A stretch of 45,088 nucleotides of DNA, from positions 3,873,392 to 3,918,479 of the forward strand of contig NC_068991.1 in the NCBI RefSeq assembly GCF_001194135.2, read 5' to 3'. A program made the translations under genes and the position numbers. The notes beneath the pieces are model-generated. The model worked only from the letters and a program-made list of their open reading frames with translations. It searched no databases and was not told where the DNA came from. This document shows positions 14,413 to 27,578 of this stretch, piece by piece (the stretch's first letter is position 1; every line of letters starts with the position of its first letter). The DNA comes from Octopus bimaculoides. Its lineage: Eukaryota.

Positions 14413-14485
14413 GCTGTGCGAGGGACTTGAACCCGCGTCTTCTGTAAACAAGGTATCTTCTACTAATGAGCCGAAGCGACACTGC
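14413..14485 (-). pseudogene. Degenerate tRNA-like unit (tRNA pseudogene or solo SINE head)
   Basis: 73 nt with acceptor-like GCAGTGT/GCACAGC, A-box-like GGCTCATTAGTAGA, T arm GCGGG-TTCAAGT-CCCTC and an oligo-T run downstream. The anticodon arm does not pair. Confidence 0.35.
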
Positions 14486-15298
14486 GAATTGCTCACTTCA
14501 TTTTAACAACTTTGTTACTTACCAGCGAGAATTGTTTGGTGCTTACGTCATAAGAATTTAGAAATAGAAAACCTGAAATAGTATGTTTTTAATGGTTGAG
14601 CTCGAAGTAGATAAAGCTATAAATAACATAATAAAAATATTGGATTAAAAAACGCTTTCGATGGAAAAAAATAATTTCTTGTCCTAAAAATAACATCTAC
14701 CTAAAATACAATATTTTTCTTCTTTCCCTTGACACGGGGCCAACTTTCAAGATTACATGACATTCATGCCTTTCTCGTCGTTATGAACTGCGTAAGTTAT
14801 TTAAGAATTTCCATAAACATATAAACGTCTGAGAAAGAAGCGGAAGTTAGACAAAGTAATTTCCCTTATCCATTATTAGCGGAAGTCCCTTTCTGTAGTT
14901 AATTGAATTTCATTTAAGCAGGCGAACCAATATAAGAAAGCGACTTTATTTTTAGAATCTTTACTTCCTTGACAGAAATACTTTAGAAATGGTTTGCAAT
15001 CTTTTACCACTTTCTCGTTTTTATTTTAAATTTATTTTCAGTAAATATGATTCTATTTTATTTCATGATCTCAGAGAGATGAATCCATTATATATTGAGA
15101 TATTACCTATGATACGTCTCTGTATGGAAGCATTTGTGTGTGTGTATGTGTGTGTAAGTGTGTGTGTGTGAGTGTGTGTGAGTGTGTGAGTGTGCGTACG
15201 CTCAAATGAATATAGGTACGCATGTACACATACATAAATGCATGCATGCACATACACACACACGTGCGCATGCGCACACACATATAATGCATATTATA

Positions 15299-15336
<38 letters not shown>

Positions 15337-15877
15337 NNNNNNNNNNNNNNNNNNNNNNNNNNNNNNNNNNNNNNNNNNNNNNNNNNNNNNNNNNNNNNNN
15401 NNNNNNNNNNNNNNNNNNNNNNNNNNNNNNNNNNNNNNNNNNNNNNNNNNNNNNNNNNNNNNNNNNNNNNNNNNNNNNNNNNNNNNNNNNNNNNNNNNNN
15501 NNNNNNNNNNNNNNNNNNNNNNNNNNNNNNNNNNNNNNNNNNNNNNNNNNNNNNNNNNNNNNNNNNNNNNNNNNNNNNNNNNNNNNNNNNNNNNNNNNNN
15601 NNNNNNNNNNNNNNNNNNNNNNNNNNNNNNNNNNNNNNNNNNNNNNNNNNNNNNNNNNNNNNNNNNNNNNNNNNNNNNNNNNNNNNNNNNNNNNNNNNNN
15701 NNNNNNNNNNNNNNNNNNNNNNNNNNNNNNNNNNNNNNNNNNNNNNNNNNNNNNNNNNNNNNNNNNNNNNNNNNNNNNNNNNNNNNNNNNNNNNNNNNNN
15801 NNNNNNNNNNNNNNNNNNNNNNNNNNNNNNNNNNNNNNNNNNNNNNNNNNNNNNNNNNNNNNNNNNNNNNNNNNNNN

Positions 15878-15910
<33 letters not shown>

Positions 15911-16194
15911 TTATTTATTTGATATACACAATATACATACACATAAATGCTTACTCTTACACATCGTCCAACACATACCCCCCACACACGCACACATATA
16001 CCTACCCCACCCCATATGTAAATAATCCCACGCTACAATTATCGATAGTGAGTAATTATGTTAGAAACACGAAGAGGCAGTTAATAAAATTAATTAGCAT
16101 CTCCTTATTGATTGCACCATGATGGGAAGCGCTGGTATTCTCAGAGGAGTTCATAATTGAGGCTATATTGAGTTGATCTTGTATGTTCTACTCG

Positions 16195-16340
16195 CTTTAC
16201 TCATTGGACTGCGCCCATGCTTGGGCATCGTCTTGAACAAATCGACATCGGTAGTTTAAAGTTTGGTAGGTATTCTATCGGTTTTCTTTTGTCGAAGCTC
16301 TAAGTTATGGGAATTAAACTGACCAACAGTGGTAATGAGG
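16195..16340 (-). mobile_element. SINE family B, 3' half
   Basis: CATTGGACTGCGCCCATGCTTGGGCA...ATTCTATCGG...CTAAGTTATGGG matches the reverse complement of 30900-31030. Confidence 0.65.
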
Positions 16341-16510
16341 AAGGGTGGGGGTGGGGAGACAACATAGATATGAAAACATACGCACGGAGTCATATACAGT
16401 AAAACTTCGCCATATCACGGTTCACTTATTGCGGTTTATTATTTGAGCATACATCGATTCCTCCGAGGTGTTGTTTCACATTTATAATAAAATAAATATA
16501 TGTGAATTAT

Positions 16511-16760
16511 GTGAAAGCAGATGGCCTAGTGGTTAGAGCAGCGAATTCGCGGTTGAGGGAATCTTAGACTGGGCGATGTGTGGGTTTATGAGCGAAACAC
16601 TTTAGCTCCAGCAGAAGGTGATGGTGAACTTCTGCTGACTCTTTTGCTACACCTTTCTCTCACTCTTTCCTCCTGCATCTAGCAGCTCACTTGCGACGGA
16701 CCGGTGCCCCGGTCTGTCGCCAACCTATACGCCAATGAAACCAGGAAACTGGCCCTGTAC
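16511..16760 (+). mobile_element. tRNA-derived SINE (head-1 + CORE-like body)
   Basis: Head TGGCCTAGTGGTTAGAGCAGC...GAGCGAAACAC...CTTTCTCTCACTCTT is shared with 20470-20662(-), followed by TGCGACGGACCGG. Confidence 0.75.
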
Positions 16761-17584
16761 TCTATTATATTGATCCAGGGCAAATGAACGACAATGTTGT
16801 CCTTGGCGGAATTTGAACGCGGAACCAAAACATCTGGAAAGTTTTTAATTATTTGTGGACATTTTTCACGCTAATTTATTTTCTACGCTTGGTTTTATGT
16901 TTACGAATTTTCCGTGCAACAGATTCCGACAATTAAATAATTAAGTTTTTATATATATCAGTTCATGCGTGCATGTAAAATATTATAATCATACGTATGT
17001 ATGTATGTATGTATGAACGTATGTATGTATGAACGTATGTATGTATGTACGTATGTATGTATGTATGTATTGCACAAACATACGCGCGCGCGCACACACA
17101 CATATATACACACGCCTCAGCATCTCAGTGTGTACCTTTGTATATATTTATGAGTGTGTGTGTATGTGTGTGTGTGTGTGCGTGCGTGCGTTTGTCTGTA
17201 TGTGTTCATGCGTGTTCGTGCGTTGAGTATAATGGCGATCAAAGAAGTGAATAAGACCCGACATGCCGAAATGTAAAAATATATTCTGAGATAACTTGTC
17301 TGGAACATGACGTGTTGCTAGCAAAAAGATATATTTGCCGGCTTTACATTTAACACACCATAAATTCGGAGAAACAACGGACACAGAACTTTGCGAATCC
17401 CAACACACGCACCTTATAACCTCGGCTTAATTGTTGTAAGTGATTACTGAATAAAACTGGAAACTGGACTCGGTAAACCGTCTCGAATTACAACTGTCGG
17501 ATCCGTCCCTGATGTATCATAATGGATTGAATTGTTATAGAAATGCATGCACAGAGGCGTAGGCTTGACCGTGTCGATACGAAG

Positions 17585-17905
17585 CTCATTTTGCAACTAC
17601 GTGGGTTTAGCTGCTCGGTTCTGTTGCGCGGCACGTTGGCCAAGGGTCTTCCACTAAAGCCATGTCTTGTGAGGGAAGTAGGTAGACGGACACTGTCTGT
17701 GTAGCAAAGCCCGTCGCGCATGAATGCATGTATATGTATGTATGTATGTGGTAATAAGTATGCTTCCCAACCACATGGTTCTGAGTTCAATCCCAATATG
17801 TGGCACATTGGGAAAATGTTTTCTACTCTAACCCCCCGGGCCAACCTAAGCTTTTCGACTAGATTTAACAGACGGAAACAAAAAGAAGCCCATCGTGTAT
17901 ATATA
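17585..17905 (+). mobile_element. Two tandem SINE family B 5' halves (17585-17718 diverged; 17745-17905)
   Basis: TGCTTCCCAACCACATGGTTCTGAGTTCAATCCC...AGACGGAAAC..AAGAAGCCCATCGT aligns to 30660-30810. Confidence 0.75.
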
Positions 17906-17911
17906 TAAGGA

Positions 17912-18115
17912 GCACTCCGTCGGTTACGACGATGAAGATCCCAGCTGATACGATCAACGGAACAGCCTGCTCGTGAAATTAACGTGCAAGTGGCTGAGCA
18001 CTCCACAGACACGTGTACCCTTAACGTAGTTCTCAGGGAGACACAGCGTGACGCAGAGTGTGACAAGACTGGCCCTTTAAAATACAGGTACAAGAGAAGC
18101 AGGAAGAAAGTGTAA
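17912..18115 (-). mobile_element. SINE body A, 5'-truncated
   Basis: GCACTCCGTCGGTT...AACGTGCAAGTGGCTGAGCACTCCACAGACACGTGTACCCTTAACGT is nearly identical to 20281-20470. Confidence 0.85.
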
Positions 18116-18117
18116 GA

Positions 18118-18248
18118 CGATGATGACGATGATGACGATGATGATGACGATGATGACGATGATGACGGTGATGATGATGATGATGATGATGACGATGATG
18201 ATGACGCCGATGATGATGACGATAATCATGATGACGATGATGATGATA

Positions 18249-18284
<36 letters not shown>

Positions 18285-18830
18285 GTTAAAATAATGAAGA
18301 GTGAGGTAAGATGATATCGGTTATACAAATTATAAAGTAATTGTTGAAGAAAATGTTGATGGGGAGAGTAGAGGCGAAGTGTTAGGAGAGGGGTAGTGGG
18401 GAGAGAAGAAGAAGAAGAAGAAGAAGAAGAAGAAGAAGAAGAAGAAGAAGAAGGAGGAGGAGGAGGAGGAGGAGAAGAAGAAGAAGAAGAAGGAGAAGAA
18501 GAAGAAGGAGAAGAAGAAGAAGAAGAAGAAGAAGAAGAAGGAGAAGAAGAAGAAGAAGAAGAAGAAGAAGAAGGAGGAGCAGAAGAAGAAGAAGAAGAAG
18601 AAGAAGAAGAAGGAGGAGGAGGAGGAGGAGGAGGAGGAGGAGTTAGAAAAGGATGAAATAGAATAGGCAGAAAACGATGAAGATATAAAAAGTATAAAAA
18701 AACAACAACAACAAAAAATCGAAATGAAAATACATTAATAATAAAATAATAAGAAGGACAAAAACACAGGCACCGACAACAATACACTAACCGCAACAAC
18801 AACAACAACAACTACATAAAAATAAGAATA
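18118..18830. repeat. Compound triplet repeat: (GAT/GAC)n, (GAA/GGA)n, (AAC)n
   Basis: Directly visible. Confidence 0.95.
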
Positions 18831-19199
18831 AATAAATAAGAAAAGGTTGTAAAAATGCTTGGTTGATTAGCCAAGAATATCATATTTAAATAAAGCATTA
18901 TTTTACAGTTAGTTCATGTAGACATTGTTACAGACATTATAACATTAAAGACCAGTCTTATAGAAAGTTACTGACATGAACAGATAGTAAATACTAAACT
19001 GTCAAAACCAACACACACACCACACACCACACACATATACATACGCATTCATACAACAAAGTTTATATATATGTATACATGCACATATATAGGTACATAT
19101 ATATACATATATGTAGATATATATTAATGTATGCATGTATGTGTGTGTGTATATATATTCATATACATACGTATATATGCACATATATGTATATATGCA

Positions 19200-19254
<55 letters not shown>

Positions 19255-19317
19255 ACGTATGTAACGATCTTCACAGAGGAGGAATTAAAAATTTCTTTTA
19301 AGTTCTTTTCAAACCTT

Positions 19318-19374
19318 CTCTACATCTGAAGATGTAGACATGTTCTACGTATACGAAACTTTAAGTCATGCGGG
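19318..19374 (+). ncRNA. Candidate type-I hammerhead ribozyme motif (PLE-type)
   Basis: CAT-CTGAAGA-T-GTAGAC..GTATAC-GAA-ACTTTAAGT-C-ATG: core at 19326-19332, GAAA at 19355-19358, near-palindromic stem III, GUC triplet at 19365-19367. Confidence 0.45.
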
Positions 19375-19427
19375 TTTGAGTCAAACTTATTATACACACA
19401 CACACACAGACACACACACACACACAC

Positions 19428-19595
19428 ACATGCGACGGGCTTACACAATTTCTCTCAATCAAATTCACCCACAAACCATTTGCTCGCTTGTGGCTATAGC
19501 AGACGACACTTGTACAAGATACTGCGCAATGGAACTGAACCCAAAACCGCGAGGATACGAAGCGATATTCTTAACCGCGATGCGCAGTCGCGATG
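19428..19595 (-). mobile_element. SINE family B, 5' half, diverged
   Basis: CGACGGGCTT...CAAATTCACCCACAA...GGCTATAGCAGACGACACTTG...GGAACTGAACCC matches the reverse complement of the family B head. Confidence 0.65.
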
Positions 19596-19954
19596 CAACG
19601 ATGATTGCAGTATTTGTTCATTGAAACTATAAAATCTATTTTAGACGAAATGTTCTTATTTAATTACATTTAAGTCACATGTCATTATGAAGCGCGCGTT
19701 CGGTTTGTTGAGTTCTCTATATCTATAATTCTCATGCCTGTGAAATAAACGATGGGTGAATGGGAAATTAGAACGACTTTATTGTGTGAATTCAAAATGG
19801 AGCTGTAATGCAGCTGTAACTTCTCGTAACATCAACCGAGCATTTGATCAATGTATCCCTAACGAGCGTACAACTAAAGCTAGTTTCTAACACTTTTGTT
19901 GTAGAGAAAAGACGCATGAACAACGATGGCTTGATGGCCATTGTTTAATGAGCG

Positions 19955-20170
19955 TAAGGCGGCGAGCAGCGGAATCGTTAGCATGCCAGGCTTAGCGGTA
20001 TTTCGTATGCCGTTACGTTCTGAGTTCAAATTCCGCCGAGGTCGACTTTGCTTTTCGTCCCTTCGGGGTCGATGAAATAAGTACCAGATGCGTACTGGGG
20101 TCGATATATCGACTATTCCCCTTCCCCTCAAATTTTCACGGCCTTGCGCCTAGAGTAGAGATAATTATTT
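19955..20170 (+). mobile_element. tRNA-derived SINE family E, near full length
   Basis: AAGGCGGCGAGC..GGAATCGTTAGCATGCC...GAGTTCAAATTCCGCCGAGGTCGACTTTGC. Five or more related copies occur in the window. Confidence 0.9.
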
Positions 20171-20279
20171 AATGAGGCTAAAAGAAGTTGACTCGAGAGA
20201 CTTCGGAAAAGTAAAAGGTTAAAGAGTCCTTAGTAGTCTGTGTTTGTCCAACGTATATATGTACTTTGTTCTCCATTAC

Positions 20280-20662
20280 GGCACTCCGTCGGTTTCGACG
20301 ACGAGGGCTCCAGTTGACCCGACCAACTGGAACAGCCTGCTCATGAAATTAACGTGCAAGTGGCTGAGCACTCCACAGACACGTGTACCCTTAACGTTAT
20401 CCCCGGGAAGATTCAACGTGATACAGAGTGTAATAAGGCTGGCCCCTTTGAAATACAGGTACAACAGAAACAGGAAGTAAGAGTGAGAGAAAGTTGTGGT
20501 GAAAGAGTACAGCAGCGTTCGCTACCACCTCCCTGCTGGAGCCTCGTGGTGCTTTAAGTGTTTTCGCTCAATAAACACTCACAGCGTCCGGTCTGGAAAT
20601 CGAAACCGCGATTCTACGACCGCGAGTCAGCTGTCCTAACCACTGGGCCATTGCGCTTCCAC
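20280..20662 (-). mobile_element. Full-length tRNA-derived SINE (head-1 + body A)
   Basis: Reverse complement begins GTGGAAGCGCAATGGCCCAGTGGTTAGG (A box) and contains GGTTTCGATTTCC (B box), then body A. Confidence 0.9.
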
Positions 20663-20759
20663 TATGTTTATGTGTGAATGTGTCTGAAAGCCTTTGCATA
20701 TGTTTCTGGGCGTCAAAGTTTACAAGTTAGGTATGTTTCACTGTGCACGCGTGTGTATA

Positions 20760-20829
<70 letters not shown>

Positions 20830-20937
20830 TAAAATATTTGCGGTCTTTTTTATGTTCAGGCTAACTTTGAAATTCGAGTACCTGTCTATCGATTACCGTT
20901 ATGATTCTGATAAATAAATGCTTCAGAGCAGAAGATC

Positions 20938-20973
<36 letters not shown>

Positions 20974-21376
20974 CCACCACCACCGCCGTTGTCGTCATCT
21001 TCGTCGTAGTCATCTCATCAGCATCTCCACATTCATCTGCACAATCTCCATCATAGTTGTTATCTTGATCATAAATGAAGCGATATGTACGTACGTACAT
21101 ACATACATACATACATCACTCGAATTCGCATATTTGGCGTGGGAGACTATTCATCGAAATACGATGAATGCTCTCTTGACTTGATAGTCACAGCTATCAG
21201 CCCTGTTAAATAATGGTTAATCTTCAGATGAATTGACTGAGGCAGCCTCTTATTCAAGATCGTTAGTGATTTTCGACTGAAACTTGACTTTACCATGACT
21301 TGACACGACAACAACAACAACAACAACTGAAAAACAGAACGAAACCAAGATCGCAAAAGAGCCTCAGATATTCTAT

Positions 21377-21472
21377 TGATGTTGTTGAAATTCCAATGAA
21401 AGAATCTTGGATGTTCGTTAGAAACCGGCTCTTATTCTTTTGGCAAGCAATTTTGAAATAAAACCGAATAAT
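21377..21472 (+). repeat. Interspersed repeat; inverted homologue at 29679-29772
   Basis: GTTGAAATTCCAATGAA.GAA.CTTGGAT...GTTAGAAACCG...TTGAAATAAAAC.GAATAAT is present in opposite orientations at the two sites. Confidence 0.75.
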
Positions 21473-21486
21473 AACACACGAACATA

Positions 21487-21687
21487 CGAGTGGGTGCTGA
21501 AATGTTCCTGGCTTTGGGTAAAGGAAAATACAGGAGGATCAGTTAGCATATAGCCCCCTCAGATTCACAGACTTATTGCAGTGGTCCTTCAGTTTTTCTA
21601 AGCCCTGTAAAAGAACTTGGAAGGTTGGGCCTTCCACTAGGCGTTTCGCGATATCCTCAAAGCCAGGCAATTTTTAGCGCGTCCTCG
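21487..21687. mobile_element. Mariner-type MITE
   Basis: Imperfect ~29-bp TIRs (CGAGTGGGTGCTGAAATGTTCCTGGCTTT / AAAGCCAGGCAATTTTTAGCGCGTCCTCG) flanked by TA on both sides. Confidence 0.8.
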
Positions 21688-21915
21688 TACGTACGTACAT
21701 ACTTCGGATTTCCTTCGTTTCTACATCCTTGATTTAAGCCGTGTAAATATTCTTAGATACTTGTGTCTCTTCCACCTTATTACACTACGTAGATCCATTC
21801 CAACTATTTTTATGGATTTTCCCGCTTCTCCACTAAGCGGAGAGCGTTTCTCGTTTCCGAAAGCCGTCCAAATGTCGTTACACTAAGGCCTTATCTTTAC
21901 TATAAAGCTTTAAAT

Positions 21916-21960
<45 letters not shown>

Positions 21961-22658
21961 AACCATAAGTATTATTTTCAGATGGTCCAGTTACCTTACA
22001 AACCAGTCGCTGTATTCTAATATTCACACATATTTTATCAAAAATGTTATGCTCTTAAAAATTTAATAATGCAGTAAAAATTCTTAGCAGTAATGTCCAT
22101 ACAATACGTTTTCGTTTTTCTGTAATTTCGTTTTAACATAATTTTTTTTTTTTAATTACGATTTCACTTGCGAAAATTGTCTTATAGAGAACTTACCAGA
22201 AACTTTTGTTCAAAAAATGACAATATTTCTTAAAAACTATTTTAGTTTCATACTACGATGTATTAAATGATAAGATATTAAAAACCTGTGTAAAAATATC
22301 TAAAATTTACGAAATAGAAACGAAAAAATAGTGTAACAAAAAAGGAGAGATACATGTGATTTCTGAAGACAGATATGAAAAAAATATATATTTGTAGTAA
22401 ATATTAATATTTACAAGGGAATATGAAAATTTGTATGCCGACTACTAACTACAGACATGTGGATACTGGATATATATCCACATGTAGACTAATATCCCCA
22501 TTCATATATGCATACGTGTATATGTAAAGGAATATCTATCTATCTACATATCTATCTAACAATTATCTATCTGTCTGTGTGTCTTTTAATATATATATAT
22601 ATATATATTGCCCAGGCTGCTAACGATTCTGCCGACTCGCCACTTTGACCACGGCGAT

Positions 22659-22707
<49 letters not shown>

Positions 22708-22741
22708 GCAACAATGACAACGATGAGGATAATGATGATAG

Positions 22742-22784
<43 letters not shown>

Positions 22785-23102
22785 AAAAAAATACAAGCTT
22801 CACCGCCTAGCTAAACATACAAGTGATAAATGAGAAACAGAAGCACGACTTCACTGCTTAATTGCAAACGTTTCCAAGGAACACAGATTTATGAAAAATA
22901 TAAATGCATTGAGAAGGTGAAGAAGACGAAGAAGACGGAGAGGACGGAGAAAGATTACTGTTACTAATGGCTGCGTTGCCGGTAATAATCATGAATTTGA
23001 CTGCTACAATTAACCGCCATATCTCCTTCAGAATTTATACTACTGCCTTAAAAATGTAAGGTTTCCAGCTAAATTAGAGCTCTGAAGAAACACACACATA
23101 CA

Positions 23103-23200
<98 letters not shown>

Positions 23201-23226
23201 CACACACACAATACACGAATATATCA

Positions 23227-23455
23227 GGGCGCATGGCCCAGTGGTTAGGATGCTACATTCATGATCTAGCGGTCGTGATTTCGATTCCTAGACTAAGGGG
23301 TGCGTTGTGTTCTTGAGCTAAACTCTTCATCTAACGTTGCTGTACGACGATTTCTAAAACCTGACGCGTGGCACACATTGCATTCGTTCGGACAACGTCA
23401 ATTTGGTGGAGAGAGTAAGGTAATGTGCGGCACGAAGAGTTTGATCGGTTTAAAC
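23227..23455 (+). mobile_element. tRNA-derived SINE (head-2 + third body type)
   Basis: GGCGCATGGCCCAGTGGTTAGG (A box), GATTTCGATTCC (B box) and GTTGTGTTCTTGAGC..AACTCTTCATCTAACGTTGCT as in 11450-11588(-), followed by an unrelated body. Confidence 0.75.
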
Positions 23456-24199
23456 AAATTCATGCACAAGGCCTTAGGTGGCCCGAGGCTATTGTAGAAG
23501 ACACATGGTCAAAGTGTCACGGAATAGGACTACCTACCACAAACTGCTTACCACATAGTGACGCCTACACACGCACTCACACATATATATTCACTATATG
23601 TATATATATACAATGGTACATACATGCATACACAAACAGTATATGTACACACAGTATATACATGCATACACAAACACACCTATCTACCTACCTACCTACC
23701 TACTACACACATACATACACACAAACACACATGCATACATACCAGCAACCTACCTTCTTACCTACACACATACATAAACACACACATGCATGCACACAAA
23801 CACTCATACATACATACACACATGCATACATACACACATACATACATACATATGCATACATACATACATACATACATACATACATACATACATACATACA
23901 TACACATGTACTTACATGCACACATAGGCAGTGACAATTATGAATCGGTTTTCTAAGGTGAAATGAATGAGAAAGAGACAGGAAGAAAGCTCGTAGCTTG
24001 GAAGTATTGTTTCATATGTTTGGCTGAGAGTCGCGTTTATCTTGGTAATGACGTTTCTGTCGCTCATTAGTAACACAAGCGAGATTGCAGCTAACCAGTT
24101 TGTTAAACAATTGACACAAGAGGCGTTTTGATAAATGGCAGTTAAGGCTCTTTCAAATACTCAAACAGTAATCAACACAAAATGCTAAGATACTGCAAC

Positions 24200-24667
24200 C
24201 ACCGACGCCGAAACCTCCGTCACCTATTCTGCCACCGTTTGCAGCGGCACCACCTCCAGCATGAGTAAGGCCACCACCACCACCACCACNNNNNNNNNNC
24301 ACCACCACTACAATCACAACCACAACCACAACCACGACCACCACCCGCAAAATCATCGGTACCACTGGCGCCAGCGCCGCCGTCACCATAGCCACCAGCA
24401 CTGCAAGCACCCACCGTCATTGCCGCCACTCCTACAGTGGCCACCACTATCACCGCCGCCGCCACCAACACCACCACTGTCTCCATCGTTAGAAATAATT
24501 TAAATGCCGTCTTCATCGTCGATGCAAAAGACATCATCATCGTCATCGTCATCGATAACATAATCTCTTTATCCGCCACCGCAAGATTGCAAAATATGAG
24601 GATACTGATATACATGATGATGAAGATGGCGAGAGTGAGGAGCAACATCATCATCGTCTTCGTCTTG

Positions 24668-24703
<36 letters not shown>

Positions 24704-24900
24704 GTCATCGTCGTCGTCATTATCATCATCATCATTTTCTTCGTCGTCATCGTCATCACCATCATCATCATCATCATCACCACCACCATCGGCAGTATCA
24801 TCATCATTTTTATCGTCGTCATCATCATCATCATCATCATCATCATCTTTATCGTCACCATGATTATTATGATGATCATCAGTATCATCATCATCAACAT
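24200..24900. repeat. Compound (CAC/CAT/CGT)n triplet low-complexity block
   Basis: Directly visible. Confidence 0.9.
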
Positions 24901-25534
24901 TATTTTGTAATTTATCAACTTGAAAGAGAGAGAGAGAGGGGGAGGGGGTAGAGAAGCATGTTTCCAATGAAATAACCCATTTACCCGTCTACCCGTCTAC
25001 CCATTTACTGATTTACATAAAATTACTACAAAATAAACACACCCGCTATATGTCCACCCTTCTACCCACCCACCTGCCCATAATCTCTATACTGTAACGG
25101 TATGAAGACACCACAACAGTGACGACTGGACGAGGTAGGCGCTAAGTGGTGGTTGATTTTGCTAGAAATAGCAGCGAAATCTTTCTTAAATCATGCACCA
25201 ATGTCTTAATTAAGACAGAGATACATTAAGCAATCTGGTCTTAGATGGTTTCAAAGAAAATGGCGAATTGGACGCGACTGAATGACTTTGACAATAAATC
25301 TGTTCCATGAAGGCTGACATGAGAGCTAAACAAGAGCAGCGGCGGCGGTGGTAGCGATAGCAGCAGCGGCAGCAGCAGTAGCAGCAATGATGTCGACGAC
25401 GACGACGATGACGACGGCAACGTTGATGTATATAAAATGATATCATCTTTATCATTGTAGATGTCATTGATAATCTTGCTTTCCGTCACGCTACCTTGGC
25501 AGCCATTTTGTTCTGGTCCCCATGGGATAATGAC

Positions 25535-25584
<50 letters not shown>

Positions 25585-25896
25585 TGATGATGATGATGTT
25601 GCTGATGATGATGACGATGCGCACGCCAATATTACCACCGTCACCTCGAGCGGTACGACTAATATCTCATTATAAGCGATGAAATATATTGCGTAACTGA
25701 CTGACAACGATATCACCTGACGCGGGATGTGTGTAGTCGGAGCCTTCGTTTGGCTGCCGTTGCTTCTCGGTAATACGCACGCGAGGACACATCTTTATAT
25801 ATATGTAGGTGCAAATGTGTATATACACGCGCACACACGCATATAGATACGTACCTATATATAAGCATACACATTCATATGTATCCACATAATATA

Positions 25897-25956
<60 letters not shown>

Positions 25957-26892
25957 TATACACACACACACATAATATATAGATATATATGCATATATAT
26001 ATACTCATGTATACATACATATACACATACACAGACATGCATACATATACACATACATACACACACATACGCACACACACGCACATATACGTATGTATGT
26101 AAGTATTTATGTATGTATGTATGTATGTATGTATGCATGTGTGTATGGAAATATTTATTTTATGAGTTTTCTTTAATGACATTACATTTAATTGTCTTCC
26201 AATTAAACATCTTCCGCCATTCCGGCTTTCCAGTTCGGTTTCGTTACTCTTCAACACAGGAAGTCTCCTAAACGAATTAGTTAATTCATAAACCAATTAA
26301 TTAATAGAGTTTATTAATTAATTTATTAATACAACGGAAGACAATACAATTTTAATTTCACATGTGAATAAACAGTAGCTATTTATGTTTTAATTCAATA
26401 CAAGATAATTCAATTTGTTGTCAATACGCATCACTATAATATAGACACGGCTTGCAGGTCAGCAATGCTTGTGGAAACCAAGAAACCACCTACACTACGA
26501 TCAATAACCATAAATCAATACTGAGAAATTAACCATAATAAAGATTTATAATATCGGCGCAAGGCCTCACATCGTTGTACGCAGGGATATAATGAAGTAG
26601 GCAAAAACAAGGGCTTCGTTTGTACAAAATTTAATGATGCTAAAATGATAGGGCCGGTCGATTTGCTTCTTCGTGAATAGGGTCAAATAAGTGGCGGTAC
26701 TCTAGCAAGTATAATATCCCTTTTCCGTTTGAAAATGCCGTCATGGTCCGGAGAACGTGGGATTTTCTCTCCTAATATGTGTAATCCTAGGCAACTTCGC
26801 CACTTATCAGTGAATGGACTGGTCATGAGAAATGATAAAATGCGTAGGTTTCTCACCCTCACTCTCTCTATTTCTCTTTCTGTCTTTCTCTT

Positions 26893-26942
<50 letters not shown>

Positions 26943-27283
26943 CTTACATACATGTAGGAAATAAAAGAAATTAAAAGTATTCTGAGAGTGATGAAGAGGA
27001 TCCATTGATTCATTTATATTAATACAATTAACCGGTTTCACGTTTCTATGATTTTCAAAAGTGTAAGATCTAATGGACGTTCAGCTGAATCAGTTTTTGA
27101 AATGTCCCTCACGTCCCTCAAATCTTATACTTTTGAAAATCGTTCAAATGTGAAGTCGGTTAATTGTATCAACATTAATACAAATACATCTTATACACAC
27201 ACACACTGCGTTTGCAACATTTATTTCTACTATAGTACTACTTGTTTGGATCAGTAACTATTGTATATATGTATGTGTGTGTA

Positions 27284-27354
<71 letters not shown>

Positions 27355-27394
27355 GTGAAGACGCGTGACCTGGGGGTTAGTGTATTGTACTGAC

Positions 27395-27503
27395 GATCGA
27401 TGAAAGGCAAAGTCGACCCCGGCAGAATTTGAGCTCAGAAAGCAAAGACGGATGAAAGCATTTCGCTCGGCGCGCTAACGTTTCTGCCACCTCAGCCTCC
27501 TTA
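27395..27503 (-). mobile_element. SINE family E, 5' part
   Basis: GATGAAAGGCAAAGTCGACCCCGGCAGAATTTGAGCTCAGAA...GCTAACGTTTCTGCCA matches the reverse complement of 19955-20060. Confidence 0.75.

Positions 27504-27578
<75 letters not shown>

Noticed and set aside
17488-18093. 201-aa minus-strand ORF
   Set aside because: It crosses three SINE fragments and has no protein-family motif.
26225-26265. Minus-strand TTGAAGA-GTAAC-GAAAC as a hammerhead
   Set aside because: No U16.1/NUH triplet and no stem I.
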